Assembly: GCA_052055015.1 (NCBI GenBank)
Contig: JBQJIT010000013.1
Reading direction: 5' to 3' (one strand)
DNA: 64,000 nucleotides
DNA from: Malassezia furfur
Taxonomy: Eukaryota
Shown here: positions 39,829-51,373 of the stretch, one piece after another
Position numbering within the stretch: position 1 is the stretch's first letter
How the letters are laid out: each line of letters opens with the position of its first letter
The notes under the pieces: model-generated
Database searches by the model: none
What the model was told of the DNA's origin: nothing
The model's input: only the letters and a program-made list of their open reading frames with translations
Position numbers and translations under genes: made by a program

Positions 39829-41679
39829 ATGACGACCGGGCCCGGGCCCTTGTTCCTTGGCTTGGACCTCAGCACACAGGCGCTCAAAGCGACGCTGCTC
39901 GATGTGCACCTGCAGGGCATCGACGAGGTGCACGTGCACTTTGACCGCGATTTGCCGCGCTTCCACACCCAGGGCGGCGTGCTGCCCTCGGGAGACCCGC
40001 TGCTCGACGAGCCCGATGAAGCAGCCGCGCCCGTGGAGATGTACGTGAGCGCGATGGACATGCTGTGGGACCGCATCGTGCACGACTGCAAGTGGCCGGT
40101 GCAGCATATCGTGTCGATTTCGTGCGGCGGCCAGCAGCATGCGTCTGTGTGCCTGAGCGACGAGGCGTGCGCGCGCCTCGGCAAGGTGCGCGGCGACCAA
40201 TCGCTGCACGCACAGCTCGGCCACGGCTTCTTCTCGCGCGTGGTGGTGCCCAACTGGCAGGACGCAACGACGCTCGAAGAGTGCGATGAGCTGATGCGCT
40301 ATGCGACTACGACGTGGGGCGGCGGCTACGTCCCGGCGCTGTGCCGCGTCACGGGCAGCATTGCACACACGCGCTTCACTGCCGCGCAGATCTTGCGCTG
40401 GCGCAAGAACGAGCCGCAGCAGTACGTCGAGACGGGACACATTCTGCTCATCAGCAACTTCCTCGCGACGCTGCTCGGCGCCGGTACGCTGCGCCGCATC
40501 GCGCCACTGGACCGCAGCGATGCGTGCGGCATGAATCTGTGGGACATGAGCGCCGACCCGCCGCACTGGAGCGTGCCGCTGCTGCGCTACGTCTCCAAGG
40601 AGGACCGCATCGATAAGAACGGCAAGATTCTGCACGGCACTGAGGCGCTCGGTGGGCACCAGACGCTCGAGCGCATGCTCGGCCGCGTGATGCATGACCC
40701 CGCAGAGCCGATTGGGTTCGTGGGCAGCTGGCTGCAGCAGCGCTACGGGCTCAACGAGCACTGTCTCATCGCGCAGGGCACCGGCGACAATCCGGCGACG
40801 CTGCAGTGCCTTACGCCCAAGTACGGCGAGGCGGTCATCTCGCTCGGCACCTCGGATACCATCCTGCTGCCGAGCAACGAGTACATGCCCTCGGCGCAGT
40901 ACCACACCTTCACACACCCGGTGCACTGCACCAACGACCCCGAAACGCCTCGTTACTTTATGATGTTTGTGTACAAGAACGGCTCACTCACGCGCGAATG
41001 GGTGCGTGACACCTACTGCGACGGCTCCTGGGACACCTTCAACGCGTCCATCGACGAGGGCGGCGCGCTCCACCCGGACCGCCAGGGCGTCGGCTTCTAC
41101 TGGATCCGGCCCGAGATCCTCCCCTGGGATGCACGCGGCGTCCACCGCTTCGAGTGCCGCGGCACACAGTGGGAGCGCGTCAAGGACTTCGCGCTGCCGC
41201 GCCACAACGCGCGCGCGATCGTCCAGAGCCAGTTTATGGACTTCCGCATGCGCATTGCACGCGTGCTCGGCGCCACCAAGGGCGTACAGCTCACGCGTGT
41301 GTACGTCGTCGGCGGCGCCGCCGAGAACCGCACACTGTGCCAGCTGCTCGCCAATGTGCTCAACTGCGAGGTGGCTCGCCCGGTAGTGGTGGGCCGCACC
41401 TCGGACTCGGACGAGCGCGTGCCGTACAACATCGGGTCGGTCGGCTCGGCGTACCGCGCCCGGTGGACGTGGGAGTGCGCGCGGAATAAGTCGCACGTGC
41501 CCTTCCACCAGTGCATCGAGAATGGCCGCGCGTCAGGCGGTGCCAGCGCGCCGTTCGAGGTCATTGCACACCCCGAGGCGCACCGTGCGCAGGCGTATGC
41601 CGAGTTTGTGCAGCAGTGGGAGGAGCTCGAGATTGGCGCCGCCCAAGAGGGCTCCAAGCCCTCGTCCGTGTGGGGCTGA
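39829..41679 (+). CDS. XKS1: Xylulokinase (FGGY kinase)
   Basis: FLGLDLSTQALK, GQQHASV, NWQD, TGDNPAT, SLGTSDT, YKNGSLTRE. Confidence 0.93.
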   Translation: MTTGPGPLFLGLDLSTQALKATLLDVHLQGIDEVHVHFDRDLPRFHTQGGVLPSGDPLLDEPDEAAAPVEMYVSAMDMLWDRIVHDCKWPVQHIVSISCGGQQHASVCLSDEACARLGKVRGDQSLHAQLGHGFFSRVVVPNWQDATTLEECDELMRYATTTWGGGYVPALCRVTGSIAHTRFTAAQILRWRKNEPQQYVETGHILLISNFLATLLGAGTLRRIAPLDRSDACGMNLWDMSADPPHWSVPLLRYVSKEDRIDKNGKILHGTEALGGHQTLERMLGRVMHDPAEPIGFVGSWLQQRYGLNEHCLIAQGTGDNPATLQCLTPKYGEAVISLGTSDTILLPSNEYMPSAQYHTFTHPVHCTNDPETPRYFMMFVYKNGSLTREWVRDTYCDGSWDTFNASIDEGGALHPDRQGVGFYWIRPEILPWDARGVHRFECRGTQWERVKDFALPRHNARAIVQSQFMDFRMRIARVLGATKGVQLTRVYVVGGAAENRTLCQLLANVLNCEVARPVVVGRTSDSDERVPYNIGSVGSAYRARWTWECARNKSHVPFHQCIENGRASGGASAPFEVIAHPEAHRAQAYAEFVQQWEELEIGAAQEGSKPSSVWG

Positions 41680-41738
41680 GCGCCGAACGCTGGCCCTGCC
41701 CCACCGCCCCATCTCTCTTTGGCCACCCTTGGCCCTTT

Positions 41739-41764
41739 ACCGTAGCGCACCGTAGCGCACCGTG
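41739..41764. repeat. 10-bp tandem repeat (ACCGTAGCGC) about 2.5 copies between convergent XKS1 and BTS1
   Basis: Read directly from the sequence. Confidence 0.75.
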
Positions 41765-41790
41765 GCTGCATCCGCACCGATGACGCATGC

Positions 41791-42777
41791 CTACGCATCC
41801 ATTTCAAGCGCTGCCAGAATGTACAGCAGCTGGGGGTTTGGCGTGCCCAGCTGCACCTCGAGGCGCCGCACCTCGCGCTGCGCCTCGGCGTGTAGGCGGC
41901 GCAGCACCTCGCGCGTGTACGCAAAGCTGCCGCTGTGCTCCAGGCACTGCAGCGCAAACCGCTTCGTCTCGACGTTCGTGGTGCGCTGCCGTAGAATCGG
42001 TAGTAGCTGGCGCTCACTGCCATGCCGCATCGCGTGCACAATGGGGAAGGAAAACTTGCCCTCGGTCAGGTCCTCACAGAAGCCCTTGTTCGCCTGCAGC
42101 GGTGCGTCCTGCAGGTTGGCGTAGTCGTCGCGCACCTGGAAAAGCAGCCCGATCAGGTTGACGAGCGGCACGAGGTCGGGTGCCGCCGCACTGCTCCACG
42201 CGTGCATGAGCTGGATTGCGATGCGAAAGAGGCCGCCCGTCTTGTTGATGACCATCTCGACGTACTCCTCCTCGGTGGGGCACACGAGGTTTTCGCGCCA
42301 ATATAGGTCCATGCCCTGCCCACGGTGCAGGCGCACCAGCTCCTCAATTACCATCGCATGCACCTCGGGCGCTGCCTCGGTGAGCGTGCCGAGCACCTCG
42401 AAGTACACGTAGTTGGCCGCATTCAGCGTCTGTGCTACGCCGTAGATGGTGTGTGCCGTCGGCGCGCCGCGACGTAGCGCCGAGTTGTCTTCGATGTCGT
42501 CCACAAGCAGGCTCGCTGTGTGCAGACGGCGCACCACGTCCGTCACGCGCGCCAGCGCGTCCGGCGCGAGCGGCAGCCAGACGCAGAAGGCGTCGATGAG
42601 CTTCGTGCGGATCTCCTTGCCTGGGTGCTCATCTAGGTAGCGGTACGGCTCAAGTACCTCGCGCTCCTGCGCCGCCGACCACGCGCCCGGTCCGCGGAAC
42701 CGCTGCAGGACCGTATCGCACCACGCCGCGTCGTCCGCTGCCCCGTGCGCGCCGCGTGCGCCGCCGCGCTCCTCCAT
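41791..42777 (-). CDS. BTS1: Geranylgeranyl diphosphate synthase (type III)
   Basis: PGKEIR, LHTASLLVDDIED, LHRGQGMDL, KTGGLF, FQVRDDY, CEDLTEGKFS. Confidence 0.95.
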   Translation of the reverse strand: MEERGGARGAHGAADDAAWCDTVLQRFRGPGAWSAAQEREVLEPYRYLDEHPGKEIRTKLIDAFCVWLPLAPDALARVTDVVRRLHTASLLVDDIEDNSALRRGAPTAHTIYGVAQTLNAANYVYFEVLGTLTEAAPEVHAMVIEELVRLHRGQGMDLYWRENLVCPTEEEYVEMVINKTGGLFRIAIQLMHAWSSAAAPDLVPLVNLIGLLFQVRDDYANLQDAPLQANKGFCEDLTEGKFSFPIVHAMRHGSERQLLPILRQRTTNVETKRFALQCLEHSGSFAYTREVLRRLHAEAQREVRRLEVQLGTPNPQLLYILAALEMDA

Positions 42778-42813
42778 GGTGCGAAGATCACGTGGCTTTC
42801 TTTCGACGACGAG
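42778..42813. promoter_or_regulatory. 36-bp bidirectional promoter BTS1/RPB8 with ATCACGTGGC
   Basis: Divergent ATGs; CACGTG at 42789-42794. Confidence 0.6.
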
Positions 42814-43309
42814 ATGAGCCATAGCCTGTTTGACACGCAGTTCGTCGTGCAGCAAATCGACCCGGATGGCAAGAAGTTCGACCGGGGTATGTGTGCGTGC
42901 TGACCATGCAGTGTCGCGCATCATTGCGTCGTCGTCGATGCTCGACATGACGCTGTCGATTGACATTGCGACCGACATCTACCCCATCCACGTCGGCCAG
43001 CAGCTCACCTTCCAGCTTGTCTCGTCGCTGCGGCGCGAAAAGGGCGACGGCGAGGAAGTGCAGGCAGACCGTGATGCGTGGCGTGGCGATGGCGGCGACG
43101 ACCTGTCCGCCGACTTTGACTACGTGATGTATGGCAAGGTACGTTGCAGGACACACCAACTTATGCAGATCTTCAAGTACGACGAGCGCAGCACCGAGCA
43201 GGTTACGGTGTATGGCTCGTTTGGCGGTCTGCTTATGGCACTCACCGGCTCGTACCGTCACCTCAGCAAGATCACCGTGGGCACCAACGTCTACCTCTTG
43301 ATTCGGTAG
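42814..43309 (+). CDS. RPB8: RNA polymerases I/II/III common subunit Rpb8; introns 42887-42911 and 43139-43168
   Basis: Splicing gives IDPDGKKFDRVSRI...DYVMYGKIFKY...SFGGLLMAL. Confidence 0.95.
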
Positions 43310-43368
43310 CTTCCATACCCTCCCGCTAGCCACGTGACGTACCACGACCGCGGCACGCAGCACTGGCC

Positions 43369-45107
43369 ATGCGCCGAAGCTCGCCTCGCAAGCCGCGCGT
43401 CGACGACGGCTGGGACGACGAGGCATGGGCGTCGAACTCGGACGATGAAGAGTTCGTCACACGCATTGCCACCCGCCGCACTCCCAGCGCCGCGTGGACG
43501 CGCGCCATGGATGCACAAAAGGAGGGGGCATACCAACACTTGCCCCAGGAGGCGCCCGCCGCGCCCTCTGCGCCCGTGCCTGTGGCACCCGTGCACCCGA
43601 CGGACGTGCCTGCGCCGCGTCGCACATCTGGAACGGAAAAAATGGACGCGTTTGTCTCGTCGTGGGCCGAACGCAGCATGTCGCTCGTGTCGCCCGACTC
43701 GTTGCCGCCGCGCCCAGACCTGGACGCGCTGATCGACGGTACGTGCGCCGCGCGCCCTGACTGCCAGACCCGATGGAGGCCCTGACCACCTACCGCACCG
43801 AGCTCCAGCGCATGTACGCCGCGCCCGATCCCGAGGCGGAGCGGACGCTCGAGCCAGTCGACGCAGCGGCGTCGGCGCCGCATGACGACGACGGCGAGGA
43901 CCTCGGGCTGCATGCGTCGTACACGGCACCCAGTGCCCCTGCCTTTGACCCGCTCGCGACGACAGGCGATGGGGTCATGATGACGCTCGGGCCGTTTGCG
44001 CCCGCGTCTGCGCCCGAGCCACTGCGACCGCCACGGCCGCAGCCGGTGCGGCAGGCGTCGACCAGCTCCGTGCCTGCGAGCAGCGGGGAGCTGCGCCGAC
44101 GGCCAAGCTCGCGTACGCTGCGGCGCTACCAACAGTTTGCACAGTGCCTCGAGAGCGACACGATCGACCTCGCAACGCTGCGTACACTTGCGTGGAAGGG
44201 CGTGCCGAGTGCGCTGCGCCCGATCGTGTGGCCGATGCTGCTCGGGTACCTGCCCGTGTCCGCACCGCAGCGTGCCAGTACCCTTGCACGGAAGCGCGCC
44301 GAGTACGCGGCGGGCGTCGAGCGCGCCATGTCGCGTGGCACTCAGTCGCTCGACCAGGCCATCTGGCACCAGATCCACATCGATGTGCCGCGCACCAACC
44401 CGGGCATCCGACTGTGGCAGCAGGACGCGACGCAGCGGGCGCTCGAGCGGCTGCTGTACGTGTGGGCGATCCGGCACCCCGCAAGCGGCTACGTGCAGGG
44501 CATCAACGACCTGGCGACGCCCTTCTTCGAAGTGTTTCTCTCCGCGTACATCGACACGGACCCCGAGCAGTACGATTTGGCGCAGCTGCCGCCGCGCGCA
44601 CGGCAGGCGCTCGAGGCGGATACGTTCTGGTGCCTGTCGAAGCTGCTGGACGGCATTCAGGACAACTACATCTTTGCGCAGCCGGGAATCCAGCGCCAGC
44701 TGCGGCGCATGGGTGAAGTGGTGGCGCGCGTCGATGGTACGTGCCCAACTAACGCAGCTCCGTTGCACACGCATCTTCGCGACGAGGGCGTCGAGTACGT
44801 GCAGTTCTCGTTCCGGTGGATCAACTGCCTGTTGATGCGTGAGATGAGCGTCAAGAGCATTATCCGCATCTGGGACACCTACCTCGCCGAGGGCGCCGAC
44901 GCCTTTTCCGACTTCCATCCGTTCGTCTGCGCCGTCTTTCTGCATCGCTGGCGTGCGCAGCTGCTCGAGATGGATTTCCAGGGAATCATTATGTTTCTAC
45001 AGAGCCTCCCGACGCAAAACTGGTCGGACAAGGACGCCGAAATGCTCCTCAGCGAGGCGTTCATGTACAAGTCGCTGTTTGGCAACACAGCGCATCTGCA
45101 TACATAG
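43369..45107 (+). CDS. GYP1: TBC-domain Rab GAP (Gyp1/TBC1D22); introns 43739-43767 and 44737-44757
   Basis: IHIDVPRTNP, HPASGYVQGINDL, FRWINCLLMRE. Confidence 0.92.
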
Positions 45108-45115
45108 CCACACGA

Positions 45116-46234
45116 TTAATCGTTCAGCCACCAGTCGGGCGCCGCCTTGACGCGCGCCGTGTCCCGCCGCGGCTTGTCGCGCACGGCCGCCGCACCGCTC
45201 AGCTGCGGCACGGGCGGCGCCGGGGCGCGGGCAATGCGCGACGTCTTGGTGCGCACCACCGTCGCGCCGCCGTGCGCCTCCTCCGCGACACTCGTCTCGA
45301 CGGCCATCTCGACCGAGGTGCGCTTCCGCAGCTTGTTCGAGGTATGCATGCCCAGTGCCTTGTCCCACGCGGTTTTCTGCGTGCGGAAGATGGCCATCGT
45401 CGCGCGCGCGTCTTCCACAGGGCTGTGGGCGTGGCCCTTCTTCTGGATCTCGATGCCGAGCACAAGCTTGGCAAGCGTGCGCAGGCCGGGGTGCTTGCGC
45501 CCAGACAGCTCGCGCAGCGGCGCAAACTGCGCCGTGTCGCGGATCTGCGGGCGGGGGTGCGATAGCATCAGCGCGCGCAAGTCGTTCTCGATCGCATGAC
45601 CCACTAACACGCGGTCCTTGATCAGGTCCGCGACTTCGTGCTGGACCACCGCAAACGTGGGCGCCTTGCGCAAGTCCGCAGGGCGCACACCCGACACCCA
45701 CGTACGATAGTCGGTCACCTTTTCCTGCGGGCGCACAAACTTGTCGTACACCACATAGCCATGCCAGTTGACCAGCGTCACGCGCGCGAGCGCCGAGCCG
45801 CGTGCACCAGGGCCGACACCGACCATCTCGCAGTCGATTCCGATATAATGCCCAAGTTCCTTCTTCTCTGGGGTAAAGTCGGCATCGTTCTCGCCAAGTA
45901 CGATGCGCCGCTTGGTCGCCTCGTCAAGATAGCCCTCCCACTGCACGGCATTCTGCTTGAGCTGCTCCACCTGCTCGCGCGGCAAGTCGCGCTTCTCGAG
46001 TTCCGACTCGGTCGCGCCAGACGTCGACAGAACCAGCGCAAGATCCTCGGGCGTGAGGTCCTCGGCAAACCACGGCAGCGGCTTGGTGTCCGGCGCCTGC
46101 CGCGCCGTCGATGCCGCGTCCGACGGCCGTCGTGCGGGCTTCGGCTCGTGCCGCGCGCGGTGCGGCGGCGCGCCGTCCCGCAGCTTGTTCTGAAGCGCGC
46201 TCCAGTTGCTTCCCGGTCGTGCTGCGGCGCTCAT
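45116..46234 (-). CDS. REX4: RNA exonuclease 4 (DEDDh)
   Basis: IDCEMVGVG, DYRTWVSG, LVGHAIEND, HSPVEDARATM. Confidence 0.93.
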   Translation of the reverse strand: MSAAARPGSNWSALQNKLRDGAPPHRARHEPKPARRPSDAASTARQAPDTKPLPWFAEDLTPEDLALVLSTSGATESELEKRDLPREQVEQLKQNAVQWEGYLDEATKRRIVLGENDADFTPEKKELGHYIGIDCEMVGVGPGARGSALARVTLVNWHGYVVYDKFVRPQEKVTDYRTWVSGVRPADLRKAPTFAVVQHEVADLIKDRVLVGHAIENDLRALMLSHPRPQIRDTAQFAPLRELSGRKHPGLRTLAKLVLGIEIQKKGHAHSPVEDARATMAIFRTQKTAWDKALGMHTSNKLRKRTSVEMAVETSVAEEAHGGATVVRTKTSRIARAPAPPVPQLSGAAAVRDKPRRDTARVKAAPDWWLND

Positions 46235-46393
46235 TCGAAGCCAGTACCGCCAGCGGATTTTGTCGGTCGCGCGGTCTGGCGGAGCAACACGCGAGTCCCC
46301 ACCGTGATTGGCCTGACGCTAAAAAAAAAATCCACGGCGCGGCCAGGGCGCCGGCCAGCGCCGCTTGGTCAGCAGCATCGAAGAGTGTTCGAC

Positions 46394-47378
46394 ATGGCGC
46401 GTGCGTTCGTAGCATTGCGATGGGCGCCCACGGCGCCTCGGCTATGCATGGGCACAGCGCGGCACTATGCTAGTCAGTCCCGTGCGCCCGTTCCGGCGGC
46501 GCGTGTCATCTTCCGCGGCGGTGCGTACATGCGCCGCCCATGGTACTTTCTCGCGGGCACCTGCTTCATCCTTGCGGGGTACGTCGCGTGCTGACGCCAG
46601 CATCAACTTTTCCCTGTTTATCCGTGACTATCTGTCGTGGCCGCTGTTTGTGTCGGACCCGGAGAACCCGCCGGAGCTGGCGCGCCCGGTGTTCCGATAC
46701 ACAGCGGCGTTCGGCACTGTGTTGATTTCGTCACTTTGTGGGTGGTACTTTTGGTACTCGCCGAGCCGAATGATCACGCGTGTCACCGTGTATCCCCGCA
46801 CAAAGATGGTTGGCTTGCGCACCGCGGCACCGTCGCCGGCGCTATGGCTGCCGCGGTTCTTGCGGCAGCGCCCCTTTTTCCAGCGCGCCGGCGTCGCGTC
46901 CGACAAGGATCCGTTTGAGCGGCTCGTGCCGCTGAACGAGGTGTATCGGCTGCAGGGATCGGCGCTCGGCAGCGAGGTCGCAGCATGCAATCGGCTCGTC
47001 AAAGAGCGCGTTGATCTGCCGCCACACCTGCGCACGATGGTGAACCGCGTCGCGCCCAACATCTCCAAGGTCGACCTGCAGGACAACCTGATGCTGCGTG
47101 TGGGTGACGCTCGCCTCGCATTCCAACTGTCTGCGGAGCCGTCGCGTACGCTGCTGCTCAACGAGCCGCCCGTGTCGAGGGGCAAGCGGTGGTGGCAGGC
47201 CGTGTTCAAGGGCCCGGCCGATTGGGCGCAGCCGCCCAACTACGCGCCGTCCGAGGCTGAGGCGAAGGCGCACGAGATGCGTGTCGCGCGTGGGCTGCGC
47301 GCCGAGCCGTGGTTCTTGGACCGTGCCAACTTTGACCAACTCTTCCCGCTGGATGCGACGCGGTACAGCAAAAAGTAG
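46394..47378 (+). CDS. Probable mitochondrial membrane protein (TMEM223/Mrx15-like); 22-nt intron 46579-46600
   Basis: Arg-rich presequence, two TM segments, C-terminal FLDRANFDQLF; the intron joins two ORFs in the middle of a TM. Confidence 0.6.
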
Positions 47379-47404
47379 CGCTATAGATGGTACACGGCGC
47401 ACGG

Positions 47405-50400
47405 CTACAGACCGAGTGGGCGCGCCTGTGTGGTGTCGTACTGGCGAATGAGGTGTGCTTGATCGCCCTCGGTTTGCGAGAAAGCGTAGCCGCGCGAGCG
47501 GCGCAGGCGCTGCACCGCACGCACCTTGCGAATGCTTTGCTGGAACTGGTCCGCCCTCGGGTAGACGTCCTGCAAGTTGTACTTTTGCATCTCCTGCACG
47601 ATGTGGTAGGAGTGCGGGCGGTAAGTGCGCTGCCAGAAGCGCCACACGAGGTCGCGCAGCAACGACACGATCGGCACAAACACCAGAAGTAGCCAAAAGA
47701 GTGGTAGGCCCAACAGCCGCGGCACAATGTGGAAGTACTCGCGCGAGACGCCGAGCGCCGGCGCGACCGTCGCAAACACCACGAAGAAGACGAGCGTGGC
47801 GGCCAACGATCCGGGGATCGCCATCACCGTGTAGCGCGTCCACAGATTCATCACGAGCGCCGCCTTGCCAAGCACAGTGACGAGCACCGTAAAGAAGAGC
47901 GTGGTGCCCCAGATCCACTGGTAGGAAGTGGCGCCGCTGCGCTCCTGGATCGTATCGTAGAACGCATAGGTCACCAGGAAAAAGTTGGTAATGGAGTGGT
48001 ACACGGAGTTAAGCATCCAGCCGGCAATGTCGCGCCCCGTGAAGAATGCCTGGCGGTACAGCTGGGGGTATCGCTCCAGCATACGCGCACTGACGTACTG
48101 GTCAAAGATGCCAATGACCAGCGTCGGCATCACGGTGAACACGACATTGTAGAACGACTGCGTCCAGCTCTCGTACGCGGTTTGGCCCGAGAAACGGTTG
48201 TAGAACGAGAACCAGAAGAGCGTGAGGTAGAGCGTGACCGTCTTGTAGAAGCTGTACAGGATCATCTTGCTCAGCCGCGCATAGCTCCAGTTGCCATGCA
48301 CGAGGAGCAGCTTCTTGAGGTAGCGGAACTGGCTGATGGAAACGTCGGCGCTCCGCGCAGCCTGCAAGCCCTCGAGACCCGAAATGCCGATGCCGACGTG
48401 CGCCGCTTGGATCATTCCCACGTCGTTCGCCCCATCGCCGATCGCCAGCAAGATCGAGCTGGTGTACGCCTTGACGAGCTCCACGACGAGCGCTTTTTGC
48501 AGCGGCGACACGCGACAGCACACCACCGCATCGCATGCCGCCGCCAGCTCGAGGAAGAGCGGCGCCAGCGCAGCGTCCAGCGCGTGCTGCAGGCTGCGCC
48601 CCTCGATGACCAACGCCAGCTTCTCCTGCAAGCCATTGGCATCCGCGAGCTGCTCGTGCACTGTGTCGAGCTGCTGCCGGATTGCTGTCGCTGTGTCCTC
48701 GGGCGTCGCCTCGTTGACGATCAGCAGACTCATCGACTCGGAAATCAGCCGGCACGAGTAGCCGATATTGATCGCCGTCTCTTGGCGGTCGCCTGTGAGC
48801 ACCCACACCTTGATGCCAGCACTTTGCAGCGTGGCGATCGTCTCGGGCACACCCTCTTGCAGCTTGTCCTCGATGGCCGTTGCACCGACCAGCGTGAGCT
48901 GCTGCTCAATCTCTTCAGCGACCGCGTCGAGCTTCGCCGAGCGCTCCTCGAGGCTGGCAGCAGCCGCATCGTATTTTTGCGCCCATGCCCGGTATGTGTC
49001 ACGGTCCAAATCCCGCTTGGCGATGCACAGCGTGCGCAGGCCCTCGGCCGCATACGTCTCGAGCTGGCTCAGAGTCGTCTCGGTCGCCTGACCTGGCGCG
49101 AGGCGCGGCAAGATTACCGTGTCGGCACCCTTGCAGTACAGCGAAATTTGCCCATTCGGCTCGCGCACGACCGTCGACATACGCTTGCGTGTCGAGTTGA
49201 ACTCACACACCTGCAGGATTTCGTACTCGCGCACGTCGCCGTGCACGTCGACAAACACGCTGCGCGGCTTGCGCGTGACGAAGCGGTAGCCGAGGCGCTC
49301 GGCGCCGCTCACAAGCGCCGCCTCGTCGGGACTCGATGCCTGAAACACCACCTTGTCGCCCTGGCGCTCGGGAATTACTGTGTGGCACACGGCGAGGATC
49401 GTGAGGAACTCGTCGAGCGGCGCACGCAGCTGGTCGACATTGTCCCGCAGGATGTCGGGAAGCTGCCCCCACGTCCGCTGCCCCGTGACAAGCCGCCCAC
49501 CGTCGTACTCATCGTCGAGCTGCACCTCGCCGAGCGTGTCGGCAAACGCAACACCACCGATGGTCGCCTGCTTAAATACCATCTCGTTGCGCGTGAGGGT
49601 CCCCGTCTTGTCGCTAAAGATGTAGTCCACCTGGCCTAAATCCTCCACCAGATTCGAGCGCCGACACTGCGCGGGGGTGTCGGTCGCCTCGTAGTACATG
49701 TCGAGGTCCGAGTTGATCAGCGACGCCTGCTGGAACTTGACCAAATCCATAGACACGATCAGCGAGATGGGGATCAGACTGTTGTACAGGATAATAAACG
49801 TCAGCACCGACTCGACAAACGCACGCGCACTCGTGCGGTCGTCGAGCATCGGCATAAGGTAGAGTGCGTTGCGTCGCGCTCGGCGCGACGCAATCAGCGC
49901 ACCAATGGAGCACACGATCGCGAGCGCCAGCATAAGCACAAACAGGCTCAAAATCAGCGAGTTGACCTGTTTGTCGACACGCGTGCGCTTCAGCGGCGTC
50001 TTGGTCGCATTCTGCAGCAGCTTGGTATCATGCCCGGTGAACACCGCGAGGCCGTACACCCACGGCGCATTGCGCAGCTGCGAGCCTCGCAGCAGCAGCT
50101 GGTCAGGGCCCACGGGTAGCGCCGGGCCGCTGCTTGGCTTGAGCGTGCCGTCAAAGGTATAGAGAGAGTTGTTGGGGGCCTCACACACGAACGTGCCGCA
50201 CAGCCGGCTCATGGATGCCGCCGTGACGAGCTTGGCAGTCGCAGGCAGCGCCTGCTTCACTTTGAGGTTGGTCTCGCCGTCGAGGTTGGCTGTCTCGACA
50301 TACGCCAGCCCCTCGGGCTCCGACGAGCTCAGCAGGACGAGGTCCGCGGGGAAGAACCCATTGCGCTCCACGCGCACCACGTCGCCCACGCGCACGTCGC

Positions 50401-51334
50401 GCCATGGCTTGGGTATCCACGACTCGTTCTCGGCATCAAGCACGGGGATCAGGCTTGCGTTCAGTTCCGCATCCGCCTTGTACCGCCGCCAGTCTTCCGA
50501 TATCTCCTTGAGCGCACTGACCAGCAGCACAATCCCTAGCGGCACCAGCGTCGTCCATCGGTTCGTCGGTGACACGCCGGGAATCTGCTGCAAGCACCCA
50601 ATAAATAGGAAAAAGACGTTGGCATACTTGGAAAATTGCTCCAGAAGGAACAGTGGCAGGAAAGTCACGACGTTGTATTTGTTCGTCATCACCTGGTTGC
50701 TCTGGAAGTCAAGGTTCCCAGCATTTGCCCCAGGATCATTCAGGTGGATTGTGCGCGACTGCTGCGCAATATACTGCCCGCGATACCTTTGGATTTCGCG
50801 CCGTACGCGCTGGCGGAGCGAGCGGATCTGCCAGTGCGCATCCTGCAGCAGCATCGACACAATTGATGGCTGGCTTGGTGTCGCCCGCGTAGATGCCGCT
50901 CGTGGGCTCGGTTTCATGCGCCGTGGTGCACCGCGCCGGCCAGTTGCCGCGGGCCGGCTCGGCCCTGGCCGTGCATTCGACACAAACATATCGGCGTCCC
51001 CATCGTCGTCCGCCTCGATCGTCTTGCTCGACCCCATGGGCCGCAGCTGCATGTCATCGCCGTATGCAAATTCCCATGCATCCGCACGGTCATCGCCGTA
51101 GATACTGTCCGCCTTGTGCGCGCTCACGCTGGATGCGGCGCGGCGCAGCGAGGGTGCGTCGCCTCGCTCAGTAGTGGTGCGCGTCGGTTGCACGGGCACT
51201 TCGTCGCCCAAAAGGTCAACGTCATCATTCCCAAACAGCACATGGGACGGCTCCTCGTCGCCGTCCTGCGCGGGAGGCGCATAGCCAGCGCGCGCTGCTG
51301 GCCGCGACGAGAAGAGCGACTCAATGTCGTCCAT
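47405..51334 (-). CDS. DRS2: P4-ATPase phospholipid flippase
   Basis: PISL, FSDKTGTLT, ETANLDGETNLK, GDGANDV, RGYAFSQ autoinhibitory tail. Confidence 0.95.
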   Translation of the reverse strand: MDDIESLFSSRPAARAGYAPPAQDGDEEPSHVLFGNDDVDLLGDEVPVQPTRTTTERGDAPSLRRAASSVSAHKADSIYGDDRADAWEFAYGDDMQLRPMGSSKTIEADDDGDADMFVSNARPGPSRPAATGRRGAPRRMKPSPRAASTRATPSQPSIVSMLLQDAHWQIRSLRQRVRREIQRYRGQYIAQQSRTIHLNDPGANAGNLDFQSNQVMTNKYNVVTFLPLFLLEQFSKYANVFFLFIGCLQQIPGVSPTNRWTTLVPLGIVLLVSALKEISEDWRRYKADAELNASLIPVLDAENESWIPKPWRDVRVGDVVRVERNGFFPADLVLLSSSEPEGLAYVETANLDGETNLKVKQALPATAKLVTAASMSRLCGTFVCEAPNNSLYTFDGTLKPSSGPALPVGPDQLLLRGSQLRNAPWVYGLAVFTGHDTKLLQNATKTPLKRTRVDKQVNSLILSLFVLMLALAIVCSIGALIASRRARRNALYLMPMLDDRTSARAFVESVLTFIILYNSLIPISLIVSMDLVKFQQASLINSDLDMYYEATDTPAQCRRSNLVEDLGQVDYIFSDKTGTLTRNEMVFKQATIGGVAFADTLGEVQLDDEYDGGRLVTGQRTWGQLPDILRDNVDQLRAPLDEFLTILAVCHTVIPERQGDKVVFQASSPDEAALVSGAERLGYRFVTRKPRSVFVDVHGDVREYEILQVCEFNSTRKRMSTVVREPNGQISLYCKGADTVILPRLAPGQATETTLSQLETYAAEGLRTLCIAKRDLDRDTYRAWAQKYDAAAASLEERSAKLDAVAEEIEQQLTLVGATAIEDKLQEGVPETIATLQSAGIKVWVLTGDRQETAINIGYSCRLISESMSLLIVNEATPEDTATAIRQQLDTVHEQLADANGLQEKLALVIEGRSLQHALDAALAPLFLELAAACDAVVCCRVSPLQKALVVELVKAYTSSILLAIGDGANDVGMIQAAHVGIGISGLEGLQAARSADVSISQFRYLKKLLLVHGNWSYARLSKMILYSFYKTVTLYLTLFWFSFYNRFSGQTAYESWTQSFYNVVFTVMPTLVIGIFDQYVSARMLERYPQLYRQAFFTGRDIAGWMLNSVYHSITNFFLVTYAFYDTIQERSGATSYQWIWGTTLFFTVLVTVLGKAALVMNLWTRYTVMAIPGSLAATLVFFVVFATVAPALGVSREYFHIVPRLLGLPLFWLLLVFVPIVSLLRDLVWRFWQRTYRPHSYHIVQEMQKYNLQDVYPRADQFQQSIRKVRAVQRLRRSRGYAFSQTEGDQAHLIRQYDTTQARPLGL

Positions 51335-51373
51335 CGTCGTCGCCGAGACAGATTAGGTAAGCTGGTACGTGCC

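Noticed and set aside
4461..42777. ERG9 plus BTS1 as a terpene biosynthetic cluster
   Set aside because: About 36 kb apart, both primary-metabolism enzymes, with no cyclase, P450 or transporter nearby.
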